DNA from: Tubiluchus corallicola
Lineage: Eukaryota > Animalia > Priapulida
Length of the DNA: 64,000 nucleotides
Direction: 5' to 3'
Assembly (NCBI GenBank): GCA_030141605.1
Contig: JAQGDQ010000092.1
Span: forward strand, 124,001 to 188,000
Part shown: piece after piece, positions 1-14,078 of the stretch
How positions within the stretch are numbered: position 1 is the stretch's first letter
How the letters are laid out: the number at the start of each line of letters is the position of its first letter
Made by a program: the position numbers and the translations under genes
Notes under the pieces: model-generated
What the model saw: the letters and a program-made list of their open reading frames with translations, nothing else
Databases searched by the model: none
What the model was told of the DNA's origin: nothing

Positions 1-1020
1 AGACGTCTACTCAACATTGAAATGGTAAGGATGTCAGTTGACATGCAATAACTATCCTATAAACAGGTGCGCAAAACACATGTCCAAACAGTTTCGTAAC
101 GCATTTGTATTTGTATTATCTTTATTTAACTATAATCTTAATGTAACATCAAATTTAACGCACTGATACTACTCATACAAGTAACATATGCAAGTAGATC
201 CATGCAAGGCTAAATTTAATACTGGGCTATTGCATCCTTAATTAAAACTCCCAGTGACGGATTGTTTAATCTTGCTAATTGTTAGGCTGTTAGAAATGCA
301 ACCACCTAGGAAATATTTTGCAAAAGCTTGAATTTTATTTGGTTATTTGGCAATCGGGCTTTTGAATTTTTGAATATATTTACCGTCGTTTAAGATTATT
401 GGGATCTTCTTTGGCCTTTGTAAAACATTTTATATCAAAGCATTGCCCAAAAGTATACTTAACAGTGTAAAAATTCCATAAAACTATTGTTCAGTTCATA
501 TTTTACTTGTTGAGCCGAGAGAGAAAACGTATACGCAAACTACGGCGTTGTGGTAAAAACGGCAGACGGGCTTTAGAAGCATATCAGCGCGAAAACCGTC
601 GTCCGTCCGTCTATTACAGGTTGCAATGTCTCAATGGAACAAACGTCGCAAAATGAAGACCTTAACAATTCAGAAAAATTGTTAGAAGGCAACATTGTAA
701 TGACAACGGTGTATCGCTTTTTCAAAGTGACGCCAGAAGAAAACTAGATTGTCACGGTTGCTGGTGAACCTTTAAATAGATGTGCTCACTGTGGATAAAA
801 GTTGTAGTATGCTGCCTGCGTCTATAAAGTTCCTTTTACTAGTTTGTTATTTCCTGTCATGGTTCGTAAAGCGTTAAAGAGAATAAGTGTGACTGTGAGT
901 GGAGTATTCTCAAGTGACAAATGACATTTGTTGTCCATAATGCTATTTACGATTTGTTCTTTATAGAAACAGAAATATGGAGAAAATCTGACGTACGTTT
1001 TTTAAGTGTAATCACTCACT

Positions 1021-1327
1021 TTACCAGTGCTACATATCGTCAGTCTATCGTTTTCCCACCATTTCGGCAGCTTAGTTTCACCAGCCTATCATTTCGATAG
1101 TCTATCTTTTCGCCAATCTATACTTCTGCTAGTCTATCGTTTCGCTAGTCTATTACTTCGCCTACTTATCATTTCGTCAGTCCACCATTTCACCAGTTTG
1201 TCTCTTCGCCAGTCTATCATTTTGCCAGTCTATCAAACGCCAGTGTATCACTTCGCCAGTTATAGTTAGAACTAGTCCATTAAGTATTTAAATAGTTGTA
1301 CACTTCGCCAGTGCATCATTTTGCCAT
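1021..1327. repeat. Degenerate minisatellite, ~16-bp unit TCGCCAGTCTATCATT, about 16 copies plus a detached copy
   Basis: Repeated units visible 1021-1261 (e.g. tcgccagtctatcatt ttgccagtctatcaa acgccagtgtatcact) and again at ~1303-1327; explains ORF 1027..1269. Confidence 0.8.
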
Positions 1328-3670
1328 GTAGATTTGCATGCCATATACATCGTGTGTGACCCATTATTGGATAGACAGTTAGTTGGACTGTCACTGCCAG
1401 CGACATCGTGGTGTTCTAGTTTTGAGTAACCAAGAGTAAAGTTCAAAAGCGACGCCATAAAATTTAGGCCTTCATAGGCTATCAGACTTGCAGGCCTGAT
1501 AGGGCTAGTGTAGGTATTTACTAAGTGGCAACCATATGTTTATGGATTGCTTTTCTGGGGTGATTCAGTTCTCCAAGTGCAGTTATTTGGGTGCATTATA
1601 CTAGATTTTTCATGGGCACTACCATGTTGGGTGTTCTTTTGGATACAAAAACAGCAAACCAAGACCCGTAAATCCTGCCAAGACGAAATTTGACTAGCAG
1701 ACAGCAAAGGTGGTGGGCATATCTGACCATTAACTAGAGTCATGAACATGCATTATTCGGTAGCAACAGGAACAAATACGGCAAGGCCTCACTACGTCAT
1801 TTACCTAGGAGAGAGAAACAGGGCCATGTTGGACATTCTTCTGGCTGTAATTCAAGAACTGTAAAACCTATGAAGATGAAATATCGCCAGTGGATAATAA
1901 CCAGAACGGTGGATATTACTGCCGCGAATAAGTTGTTATAACCCTGTATTATTTAGCATTAGCAAAAATAAAGCCCTCACTATGTATGACAGTGCACTAG
2001 AAGACCGAGCCACTTTCTGAATTTTCAATCGTGTTTAAAGGACAAGAAAAGGGGTACCTGAAATAGGTTTCAGAAAAATCGCCTTAAAATTATATTACTT
2101 TACGGCAATTTTATACATTAAAATTTTATACATTATACTCGCGTTAAAAGGAATTTTCGTTTGTTTTCATTTTAAATTTCCAGCAATACTGTTCCGACGT
2201 CATGACATCATGTACACAAACGTAAATCAGGGGAAGAAAAGGCAATGTTAAATTACGTCCCAAAAAACTTTCAATGCAAATCTATATGCTTAGCATTTCG
2301 CTTACCTGCTGGAAAGACTTGTGTAACTAGAATTAATAATTTAAATGTTCGTGCCAATTGGTAAAGTGTCGCTGGCTCACCCTCCAGGGTGCGCCACTCA
2401 CTAGCCAAAAAAACGTATTTTTAATCTTATTGACAAAATACAGTAATTTAAAATTTTACTTAGTAACATGTGTACTATGAATGCTCTGATTATTATTTCA
2501 AACTTCAATGTTATTTGTTTCAAACGACCTACCATTAAAATGGCTGCTTCTAACGATCATCCCGGGAGTTTAAATTTTCATGTTTTATACAGCACTACTG
2601 CTGTCGTGACGCTAAAGTTGTCGCTGGGGTGTTTTGGGGAGAGCTAACAACCGACATTGGCAGGTTTATCAGACTGTTTTTGTAGTTGCGATGTTTGTGT
2701 TAGTTGCGAAGATTTGTTCTAGGTGTCCAGTGATTATCGGCTTTGACACGATTTTTCATGAAACTAGCGTACCTTTCAAAACTCGTGATCTTCGCAAGAA
2801 AGTAAGACATTTCTCATAAATTGGCTTTCTTGCCTTCTGCATTATCAGCAACGTGTCTATTATGAATAAGCAAGCATGTCTTCTAGGAAACTACATTAAC
2901 AAGTGGCAGTACGTTCCAGTCATAAACGGTAGAATGAAACAGGGTATCCATATTACCCGAGCGTTCACATTACTCCACTCTACCATTATACAGAATAAAT
3001 TATAGTGAACATGCATCATTTTGATTTTGGATATTATTAACTTACATTGCTTGATACGCAAGCAATGTAATGATGACCAGAGTAGCGACTAGAAATAATA
3101 AGGCGAGAGATAAAATTGTTTTCATTTTATAGCACTCCCAACTTACGGATTAGGCCTAAAGTAAACCTAGACAGATGTCTCTTGCCTAGTTTTCCTAAAA
3201 TACTATAAGATAATATCATTACTGAATTGTGTAAACAGGCACGTCGATACCCAGTACTAATTTCCCACCCATCGTAATTATTAGGTTGCTAGCAGACAAA
3301 AACACGACAGCGTACATCCATTTATGGTATTGCTACTCATACCGCGGTTGATTGACACATCCACTGTGAGCAGCGAGCTGCCTGAGCCGGCGAATTCGGA
3401 GGTGACATCATCGACTCATCCGCTTCATGTGAAGAATATAGTTCTGCTTTTAAAAATATGCTATGCCTAAAAGATTTTTGTGAGTTTAAATTATCTAATT
3501 CCAGTGCAATAAGTAAATTAATCACGAGTCATTCCTATCTTCAGCAACGTGACTTTTCCTGAAAAATTAAAACCAAAATAATGCCAACATAACCGGCTTA
3601 TGCGAGGAGATACCAGAAACTTTATTGGCTGCGTTTTCTCTCTCTAATAATTTGTGTTCGCAAACGGTAA

Positions 3671-3780
3671 CCAATAAGAAAAAAGTTTATAACGGCTTTT
3701 GGCAGCCGTGTCACTTCGCGCAACATTCCGCCCTTTCCCTGTTGAGCCCTGCATCGACGGAAATCGTTGAAAATCAGTTA
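3671..3780 (+). promoter_or_regulatory. Putative core promoter of ADF/cofilin
   Basis: Locally CpG-rich; CCAAT at 3671, GC box CCGCCC at 3728, Initiator-like TCAGTT at 3774-3779, about 35 nt upstream of the ATG-only first coding exon. Confidence 0.5.
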
Positions 3781-3812
3781 ACTTTAGTGTTGCAGGTTAG
3801 AACTTTTATCAA

Positions 3813-6800
3813 ATGGTAAGTGCAGTTATAAGTTTTATCTTAATTAGGTATTTAGGCTTTGCGTAAATAAGTAAAGCGCGCTTGTGAGACATGTAATTGT
3901 AAGACACAAAACGCAACTTCAAGTAACAAAATTATGTATTTTATGAATGCATCCTACGGTACGAGTAGGAATACTTACCGGGCGTATGTGGGTACAGTAT
4001 GTTATTTTTTACTAAAAAAAACTTATGATTGGCGTGTTTACTGAAATCTGCCTACTAAAACCTAGGCCACAACAATGCCTCACAAACGCAGCGTACTATC
4101 ACGCGGTATCAGTCACGTAATTTGTGGCCTACAGTAAAGTAATGTACCCTGCAAGTTATTTTTGCGATACTCACATTTTCAAGTCCTTTTTTACCTTTCA
4201 CACCGGAATGCCTTTAAATAGCCACTCGCAAAGCATGTAAATTAAAGGGGAAGAAAATAGAATTTAAAGTACAACCAAAAGAACTTTCTATACAAAGTTA
4301 TATTACTTATCATTACACTTACCTGTTTAAAACTTATATAGTTATAAAAGAGTTCTGTAATTGAAAAAGAAAATTCTTTATAATTTAAAATATCCGCGCA
4401 ACCTGGTAAAACAGCACTGTATCACCATCCCATTGATTCACTAAACAACACATTATTAATGTTTGAGTTTTATTTAATAATGCAAGCCGTGTAATACAAT
4501 AGTTTAGTATATTGCTTCTTTCTTTGGATGATACAAATGCACTTTTTCATTCAGTATAACACAGTATATAAGTAAATAAAACTTCAAGGTGAATTTTTTA
4601 AGATTTACTTATGAAGAGTGTTTTCTTGTGTTTTTAATGAAATTTTTGCAGTTGATTCTACAAAAATAATGTGTGTTCTGCGTAGGCAAGCTTTATACGC
4701 TCAGATTTAATTTCAGCTTAAGGTTCATTTTGCAGTCATATAGTTGGTGTACTCAGCTACATTTTGTAATCATTCAGTTGGTGTATATATATATATATAT
4801 ATATATATGCAGCTGAATGGCTTTTCTAGTTTTCGAAACTTCCCTGTTGGCAGAGTATTCATACTATTATTTCAAATGGGGAATTTGTAAACCACTTTAC
4901 AGTTAAAGTATCGAGCATATGTTTCTTCGTCCTGGGAAATTATGTTCGGTATCATCACCCTTATTAATAAAATTCCTGGAACGTGCGGCCCGAGATACAG
5001 TGTTCTGAGTCTAGATCTGGTTGACTCCCAGTTTTTCAAATCTGTCCTCCTAAAATTTGGTTGTTGATTACTTTTCTCTTTAGTTTACACTTCATTATGC
5101 TTCTGTGCACAACAGTTGAGACATTTTACACAGCATTTTCTCAGTAGTTGAGTGATAATTTAAAATTGAGAAAAGGCATGACATATTTGTTGCTTCTTTC
5201 TTTGGATGATATCAATGCAGTTTTTCATTCAGTTTATCAAACTGTACATATAATTTAAGTGCTGGCATCATAAACTAGTAATTTTTGAACTACAGATATT
5301 TTAGTTCACCCAGCGTAGCAGTACACTTGGCATTGTGCATTATATTGGCTGACTATCTTACTATCTTATGACTTTATATTACAGACATTTTATTTGATAT
5401 ATCTGATTTATTTTACTATTATCGCTATAGCTTAGCAGGGGTTCTGTGATATAGAACTATGTGATAATAAGTGCTTTCGGGGACATACATGCACCCTATT
5501 CTTATTAAGAACAATTTTAGGCATTAACTTGATTGAAGCCTAATTAAGTTTGTGCGAGTGAGTTTTGCCAATGATTCAGTAATAAATGAAAAGCGACAAC
5601 TTTTGTTTTCTTATACAGTTTTCTGCAAGCAGCTAGAGTAAATAATGCAACTTTCTTTCCTAGTGTGGGTTCTGGTCTATGATCAGTTTTATTTTCACTC
5701 TGCAGTAGGAACCTATGCTTACAAAATTGAGTTTTTTAGCTGTTAATCAACAGTTAGTAGCATGACCTAATTACTTGAAATGGTTGTGGTGGCATAGTTT
5801 AACTCATTAATAAGGATAATTCTCCAAGTCTTAGGATGACACTGAACCGCTAAATGTTTCTTAGCCCATATATGCATATTTCTTCAATCTTCTTTCAGTG
5901 AGGTAAGTTTCGGCACAAGTATTATAGCAGAGAAAACCACTCAGAAAGTAATTTGCTGAACCGGGTTTGCCTTCACATCGTTTAACTTCAGTCATTAAGC
6001 ACACCACTCTGCTATATTTCTCACTAATATCTGCAAGTACACCATTGTAAGTAAAATAAAAACAAAACTATATTACATTGTTTAACTATCTTTATCTGTC
6101 TCTTATTTAACTAATAGGCCTAATTATGTACAATTATAGATATTTGTGTGGACATAACTTAAACTTAGTTTTATTATACACCACATTTTGTTAGTCAACT
6201 TTCACAACCACGAGTACAAAAGTTTTGTCTCGCGTTTTCAGCATTAGAATATTAAGCCACCTGTTGGAGTTTGGTAATTGCATCTTACCTCTGTTAGGCC
6301 GTTCTTCTGAGTAGCGGAAATCAGGCTGCTAAATATACTGTAATGTGTAGTTTTTTGGTTCTACTTTAAGTTACCTAGCCAGCTCACCTTGGCTGTACTG
6401 AGCTCAGCAAGTAAAAGTTTGACTTTGAGTGAAAATGATATAAATAAATAAATAAATAAGAGCACCTTAGATGATGTAGAGGCCTTGTTATAAATTTATG
6501 TACATTTTAAAGTCTTAAGAGATTTATCATATATTATAGGTTAGCTTTACTCTTACATCTGCGGGCTAGGTAATTCTGTAATGGCTATCCTGTCGTAGTA
6601 TAAAGTTCAAATACACTTATTTGCTTGACTTAGTTAGCAACATCGACTCGGTCTCAGCTATATTTGTGTAAGGGCCTAGTGCTAAGTGACTAAGAGATTT
6701 TATGCTTTTGCTGATAAGATGTCAGAAAAATAAAACTCAATTTACCCATGTAAGGAATATAATGATAAAAAGCGAATAAAAGGTGTAAGAACATGGCTGG

Positions 6801-9800
6801 CACAGCTATACTAATAAAAAGGTCTAAGTTCTATTATATGTCACACTGTGACTATGTTTACTAGAAGTATTCTGAATAATTTGTGCTTAAATTTTCATAA
6901 CTATAAATAAAGTGACTAAAAACTGTAAGTAATAACATGGCTGGGACAATTGTATAAACAAGAAAGCCTTATAGTTTTTTACAGCATGTTTACTAGTATT
7001 TTCCAAAACAATTTGTAGGTGTTATATATGTATATATATGGAGTCTGCATTTTTTACATTTATTAAAAGTGACATTTAAGTTTGGCTATAACACTTCGTA
7101 AAATTTGCTTGTGAAAATTTTTAATTACTGTTTTTGACCATCTTGTAAATTGTCATTTAAAAGACACTTCTTATTAGAAACTTACTATCACTCAACTTGT
7201 CATTCTAAATGATTTCAAAGCTGTTTGGCTGTGTGTAAATACTTATCCGCTGTCTGCTCTTGTGGCTTATCAAATTTCACATAGCTGCAGGTTCAAGCTT
7301 CACTTAGCTATTATTGGAAGCAGGGAGACCGGGCAATGTGCTTGGATGTTAACATTTTTGGGTCCATAGCTGTCGGCTCAAACCTAGATATACAATGTCT
7401 AGGTGGCTCTTTGACATTATTTAGTGGTCACGTTTCTTTCAACTTTTTGTTTATTTGAAGGCCAAAGTTAGTTGCACTTTTTATATAAGTCTTCTTAAAA
7501 ATTTATAAAAAGTTACTGATTTTTTTAAAATTATTATAGTGTGGGGGTATTTCATTATAGTGCAGAGCTTTGATGATTATAGATATAATAATAAAAAAAT
7601 ATTGAATTCAGCTGCCTTGCAGCCAAGTTACCACATAAATGCTACATTTCATACGTCAGCTAAAACTTCAAAATAAAGTTATCAACAAAGTAAAAGCTTG
7701 CTGACAACATAATTAAAGTTGTCAACAAAACGAGAACTATACCAATTTTAAAATTGCAAAAAATTTGTTGACATAAGATTTAGTGAAAAGTTTTCTGCTT
7801 TTAATGTCCTAGTTAAATTTGGATTTTGAACCAATCGCTTGATCTAGCACTTGCCAAATGATGTGTCACTGGCACATATTTGTGATTGACCTTTGAAGCT
7901 TCAGAATATTTTAGCTTTGTTGTAACTTGTTAGCTGTGAATTTGCTTTCCTTAAAACTTAGTGGTTTTTTAAAGTAAATGAAAAGTGGAATGTTGATAAA
8001 TCAGTGAAAATTAAAATCATGCCAGTTTTTTGTTTTGAGTTTTTTAGTTTAAAATATTTTGAGAAATGTGTTCTCATTTTGTCAAATTATACCATTATCA
8101 TCACAGTGCTGAGCAGCATCATGTATGAGTGTATGATAGTTTTCATCATAATGCAGTAGCAAAAAGCAGTAAAATTTAGAGTACAACCTTGGCTTATTTG
8201 GTTATATAAATTGAATTTTCAAAGGCATGTAAATATCTGCTTAATTCAGAACCTTATTCAAATTCAGAAGAGTATTCCCATTGTACCATAGAAAAAATTT
8301 CATGAGGTAATCATGTTTGTGCTCGTTAAGATAGAAATGAATATACCTACTTTGTAAGTGGCTTCTTTTTATGCAGTTATTTTTCCATGCTCAGAGTTTT
8401 GATAATGTTTTAAAGTTTGTTTTGCTATTAAAGATACTTTTTCCTTTGCTTAGGCCTCCGGAGTAGCCGTAAATGACGAGTGCCTTAGAGTTTACGAGGA
8501 GATAAAGCTGAGGCGAAAGTTTAAGTATGTTATATACCGTATGAGCGATGACGATCGGCAGATCATTGTCGATACAGCTGGAGCACCGGGAGCGTCCTAT
8601 GAAGAATTCCTCAGTCATTTAATAGCAGCCGAAGGTCAGAAAGACTGTCGATATGCCATATTTGACTTTGACTATATTATAGAGCGAACAGGCGGAGCCA
8701 ACCTTCCACAAAATAAATTATTATTTTATGTATGGTAAGTCATATGTAAGTGCACGATTACAGCTGGTTAGTTAAGGAGTGAAAAATGTACATTAAAAGC
8801 ATAAATACACATATTTTGTAATCAATCGGGAATTTATTAAAAAGAGAGTGACAAACTTTTATGTGCTGCTTTTGATGGTATGCCTACCCTTTAAATTGAT
8901 AACTTCCCTTCACCTGTTGACATCTTTTCATGTATACATGTAAATAAAGAAGAAATACCGCTGTATCATTTTTGTTGATGGATATAACAATACCACAGTT
9001 TTGTTTACTTTGCAATATTAGTCTGGTACTGAAACCTGGATTTTTGGTTGAACATAAAACTGTCATCCACACAACATTTTTTTATGTCTAACTCTTTGAG
9101 ACCTACTGGTTTTGAATTTGCATTTTGAGATTTACATTATACAAGGTGGCCACCAAAATGGTTACAGCAACGATACACATGACTATACCACAGCTCTTTT
9201 CATGCTTGACTCAATCGTAGTCCAACTGAATTTATCCATTAATAATTTGCTATTTTTTTCACGATGTACAGCTAAGAATTCAGTATTTGTACTGTTTAAT
9301 ATTCAGCAAAAAGCTTATCCAATATATATCCATTTTGGGTGCTTGGCTAAATAATCGCATTTTATTTTCAGAATGGAAATAGGCAGACTGACAATAATGC
9401 TAATACAGTTATACATTAATATAAAGCTGCTATAATTATTCTAAAGTGACTTCTTTGAAAGAATATAAGTTATTAATTAATCGATCTTGGATTATCTATG
9501 AATCGATCTTGTTGGGATTATGAATTTCCAACAAATCCAGTTTCTGTAAGTTTCAGCAGGCCATTTGCCAGTTGCTATAGCAATAATAGGTTTTAATTTT
9601 TCTTCACTGTAGGTGCCCAGAACAAGCAAAGATAAAGCGGAAGATGTTGTATTCAAGTAGCAAGGATGCAATTAAGAAGAAGTTACAGGTATCTAATGCT
9701 TATATTTTGAAATTTGCAATAAATGTTAAAATTGTATTGCTTTGGTAAATTATTTACTCGTATGGAATGATTTTCTGCGAAAAACAAGATTGAATTCGAA

Positions 9801-11935
9801 AGTACTCTCTTTCTAACTGCATCAGGTTAAGGCGTGACTTTGGTTTCAGATCTCTCACCCTTAAAAATTCTGTTTGTGACCTGTGTTGATGGTGGTCTGT
9901 TTTCTAACTCTGATTATATTTTATGACATGCAAAGAAATGTAACCAACTGTCACCGTCATCTTAACTTTTCTACGTCTCAAATGTTCTACTAGCTTGGTT
10001 TTGTTTAGTCTATACTTGTGTGCCTGTACCAAATTTTGCCCATTACCTAGAGACGTGGAAGACTGAGGATTTTGGTGCGAGACGACATCGAGATGAGATT
10101 TGCTGACTCATGAGATCAGGAAACAAGAACGAGACCGACAAATTTCGCTGATTAATAAATGAAATTTAGTAAACTCTCACAAGATAGAAAAATACTTGTA
10201 TCAACATTACTGTGCACAAGCTTAAAACTACTGTTAATTACACTGAGAAAAGTCAGAACTATTTGAGAAGCTTGATTTTCATTCTTAATTATTTTCGTCA
10301 TTTTTATTATTTTCTAGTTTTCACATAACTCTGTTTTTATAACACAAAATGAGAACTAAAAACACTAGTTTCAAACTGATACTGCAGTTTATTGTGTACC
10401 ACATTTCTTGCATTCGCCAGTTATACATGTTTTACTTTTGTGTCACCTACACATTTTCCACATTGATATTTCTTGTGAAGTTTTCCACAGCGAACTCTGC
10501 AGATTTTTTGCAACTAGCTTGTTATCATCGAACTCATCATTGGCCTCATTATTAACAGTTTCCATATCAGCAGCTGAACACTTTGCTATGACATATGAAC
10601 ACTTTGCTTATCACGAAATAGTTTAAAAAAAATTCATTCATGCCAAGTCAAAAAATGAATCGTTTTCATAGGCACCTCCAGTTTGCAAATGCACTAGCTC
10701 CTCGATCAATGGCACACATGAAAATAAATTTGCTGAAGCAGCCATTCCCATTTTCTTTGCAGAAAATATATTTAGAAAAAGTCATACCTCCTGCAATGTT
10801 CCTAAATTTATCAGGTGAGCAACAGGAAACATTATCGGCTCGGGTCTATAGAGTATTTTACAGTTTTTGTTTTGCTTTATCGTGTACACATATGTCACAC
10901 TTAGCGTACAAAATGGTGGAAAACAGTGACACATTATTATTTGTATTTATTACGTAGCTGCATTCAGTAAAAAAACAATTTTTTTTCATTTAATTTTATA
11001 TGAATTCAGCAATGGTTATTAATGGACCTTTCCACAAGAGGATTAGCAGATTCTTGAAATTCCATCTTTGCTCTCAGACTTTCAAGTCCCTCGAATATCC
11101 AAGAGTACAGTCAAGTTATAATCGACATGTAATCTTGAAATACTTCCCAATGTTCGAGGTCTCACTATTACCATTACTGTCTTCAGACAATTTCATTGAG
11201 TTTCAAATGTGTAGCAGCTTTGATTAATGTCATGGTCAAAACTCCTACTGAATTAAATTAAAATTTGTCTATTTCTTTCGCAGATGGCAGAGCAACATAT
11301 TAAATTGCTTTGTAACCTAGGACTATATCTTTTTGATTTCCGATATATACTAATTCTAGTGAGTGTGAGAGAGGCACTCTTTTTCCAAATTTGTTTTTTT
11401 TTGTTATTAGTTTTCCAGATATACACATGACTATTTGTTGCACAGTATGTAAATGTTACTTGTTGTCTTCTAAGTACAACAAAGTGCAACCCGATCTTTC
11501 TGCTAATCTGATCTTATTTTAACTTTTTGATGTGATGCAAATGGACATGCAAATTACTTGGTGACCATGACCTTTTTACCTTTTAACAGAAATGCAGTGG
11601 TTGAAGCAGTGTCAAGCCCAGGTTCCCAACCGTAACTAAATATGCCCAGTTTGTTTTATTACCTAGTTTTCCAGAGATGGTGGATGGACGGAAATGCTTT
11701 GGCACATAATCGGGCCTACTAGTGACAGCCACAGAATTCAGATTTATACCATATATGTTTTGTGCAGAATTGGTAAAAACTCATACAAGTAAATTTTAAA
11801 ACAACTTTTTGTAACTAAATTACACTGCTTTGTTTAATTTTTCAGGGCATATCAGCAGAGATCCAGTGCACTGACCAGTCAGAAATCAGGCATGATTATG
11901 TCATGGAGAAAGTTAGAGACAAAGAGAGAAACTAG
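3813..11935 (+). CDS. CFL: Actin-depolymerizing factor / cofilin, 149 aa, join(3813..3815,8454..8734,9613..9688,11846..11935)
   Basis: Spliced translation MASGVAVNDECLRVYEEIKLRRKFKYVIYRMSDD...DCRYAIFDFDY...NKLLFYVWCPEQAKIKRKMLYSSSKDAIKKKLQGISAEIQCTDQSEIRHDYVMEKVRDKERN*. ADF-H hallmarks: Ser3 in MASG, CRYAIFDF, WCP..A..K.KMLYSSSK. ATG-only first exon followed by GTAAGT is typical of the family. All junctions GT-AG and in phase (450 nt). Confidence 0.96.
4784..4808. repeat. (TA)n microsatellite
   Basis: About 12 TA units in cofilin intron 1. Confidence 0.9.
10030..10580 (-). mobile_element. Degraded hAT-like DNA transposon remnant in cofilin intron 3
   Basis: Minus strand ~10580-10385 translates, with frameshift and stops, as KLVAKNLQSSLWK/NF...TCITGECKKCG, resembling the start of a BED zinc finger; GAGAC-rich subterminal-type motifs at 10030-10140. 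Confidence 0.4.
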
Positions 11936-13080
11936 ATACATCTTGTGGACAGAGGTCCAATTCTTATTTGCCATCATACTATGCATGTAGCAACATGCCT
12001 GAACTCCTAACATAATATGATACAATCAAAACACCGTCAAAAATGGCCATTTTTTACCAATTTCAGGTCACAAAAAATTAAATTTTCTTGTGGCCTTTTT
12101 ATTGGTTCCCACTTTAATTCTTCTAAGTTGGGTTAAACTGTTATCAGACAGAAGAAATCTGAAACAATGATAAATTAATTTGTACTCTAATATAGAAGAC
12201 AGAATGTAATTGACCATTTTTATTAACATCGGTAATGATGTCCAGTGTAGGATTGACTTGTGCTAGCTCAATAATTTTTATGTACATGTGAGGTGATAAT
12301 TTGACTGTAAATTATGACACTACATGTTTACCCAGAGACTATTTACTACTTGGGTAGTGTTTTGGTTTCAGGCTTATGTACAATTATACTAGTGTGCTTG
12401 TACCGCATCTGTGGATCTTAAGATCATTGTTAAATTTCTGTAATTTATAATGTAAGTCCTGTTACCCTAGTCCAAAGCAGCAACATATGGTAGAACATGA
12501 GCTCAAATGAGGATTTTCCATTGGCTACATGCCACCTTGTGCTTAGGCTTGCAAGCTCTTATTTTCAGTTGTACCTTGAACAACTATGTTTAGTAATGAC
12601 GTTCTTACTATTTTGCAAAAAACTCATCCGCCTTATAAAATTTGAGGAATGCTATAAGCGTGTGCCAGAAGCCCTCTACCAAAATGACTATATTAAGAAT
12701 TTATAGTATTGGTTCACTTTTTAAGATATGCATTAGTTATCTATGAAATGCTAATACAAATGATTCTTAGCTTTAGTTTTGCATAATGTAGGTAAAGTGG
12801 ATAATTTTCCTTATGACGAGCTTTTACAACAAACGAGATGACTAAATGTTTTTGACAACTAAATCTAAATTTTTGTGTCAAATTACCTGTGCTATACTGT
12901 AAAAGAAATTAAATGCTAGCTTTGTTTTTTATTTTTCCAGCAGAGTTTACTACTGATTATGCCAATATCATTAAAATTTTGTACTTGTCTGGTTACCATT
13001 AGTGTGATATCATAGAATGTAATTCACAAGTGCATTTCTCTGCAGTACAGAAAACTTTGGCTGGATTTATTTGTAAATTG

Positions 13081-13086
13081 AATAAA
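13081..13086 (+). terminator. Candidate polyadenylation signal of cofilin
   Basis: AATAAA about 1.15 kb after the stop codon; actual use not verifiable. Confidence 0.4.
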
Positions 13087-14078
13087 AGAACCTATAATCG
13101 AAAAAGCTTTTGCAAATATCTGGCACATTCATGGTAAAGCTTGTGCACCAAGATGAATAGTTGATACTTAAGTTTACCAAGTAAAAACAGAATTTTCATT
13201 TTTCAGATATGTTGATAATGTTGACCATTGACAATATTTTAACTTTGATGAAAACGTCAGATTACTGGAAACGTTGCTTACTGGAAAACTTCATGTTTTT
13301 TCGCTTGGCAAACTAACTGCTTTGCTCTGCGTCTTTTACACTATTCTGGTTATAATTTGTTCTTGGTTTTTAAAGCTATGAGTTAACAGGCGAGCTATCA
13401 TGTTTGTATAGACAGGAAACACCTACAGTTCAAAACTCGGGTACATTATTTTTTTATGTAATATTAATTGTTTTTGGCGCCCTTTATTTCATTGTTACAA
13501 GTTTTTGAGTATAATGAGTTTTATAGTCCAGTTGCAAACCCGGTTATTCATTTCACTGTTGCTGCAGGTGCCTTGTTATTCCCCGAAACTTGTTACAATT
13601 CGCTTTAATATTTCTATAGCTGATCACTAGGTCTTGCCCCATTGATGACTTCATTGCCTGGTTACTTACTATAGATCAGTAAATGATACAATAATAATTA
13701 TTGAGACTTGTATAAAATAAAAATACAAAATTTGCAATTTGTACTTAAATTTGGATTCTGAGTTGGCATTTTTGTTTTTTATGTTTATGTAATGCATTAT
13801 GTTTATGCATCTCTAATTTTCATAAGCCTTAAGTTTTTGTGCAGCGAAGCTAAACGAACTACAAGCTGCCATGACTGAAAGTAGTCATTACATTGAATAA
13901 TAAATTACCAACATCCACAGTCGATGTTGTGGAGATCTGGAATATTCTATAGTATAGTAGAACAATCTTCTTACCTTGTAGAAGATTCGAGAACTTTCTA
14001 TACGCGTTGCGCATAGTAGTTTCTAGATTTGGCTGCTCAAGTTTATTCTCGGACACACTCACGTTTCCAGATTATGAC

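Noticed and set aside
1027-1269. 80-aa ORF
   Set aside because: Translation of the 16-bp minisatellite.
4512-5233. 44-bp direct repeat (4512-4555 and 5190-5233) as duplicated C/D snoRNAs
   Set aside because: The C box is imperfect (GGATGATA) with no suitably placed D box or terminal stem; more likely a repeat fragment.
9689-9698. Cofilin intron 3 donor GTATCTAATG as a U12-type intron
   Set aside because: It does not match GTATCCTT, and no TCCTTAAC branch site is evident near the acceptor.
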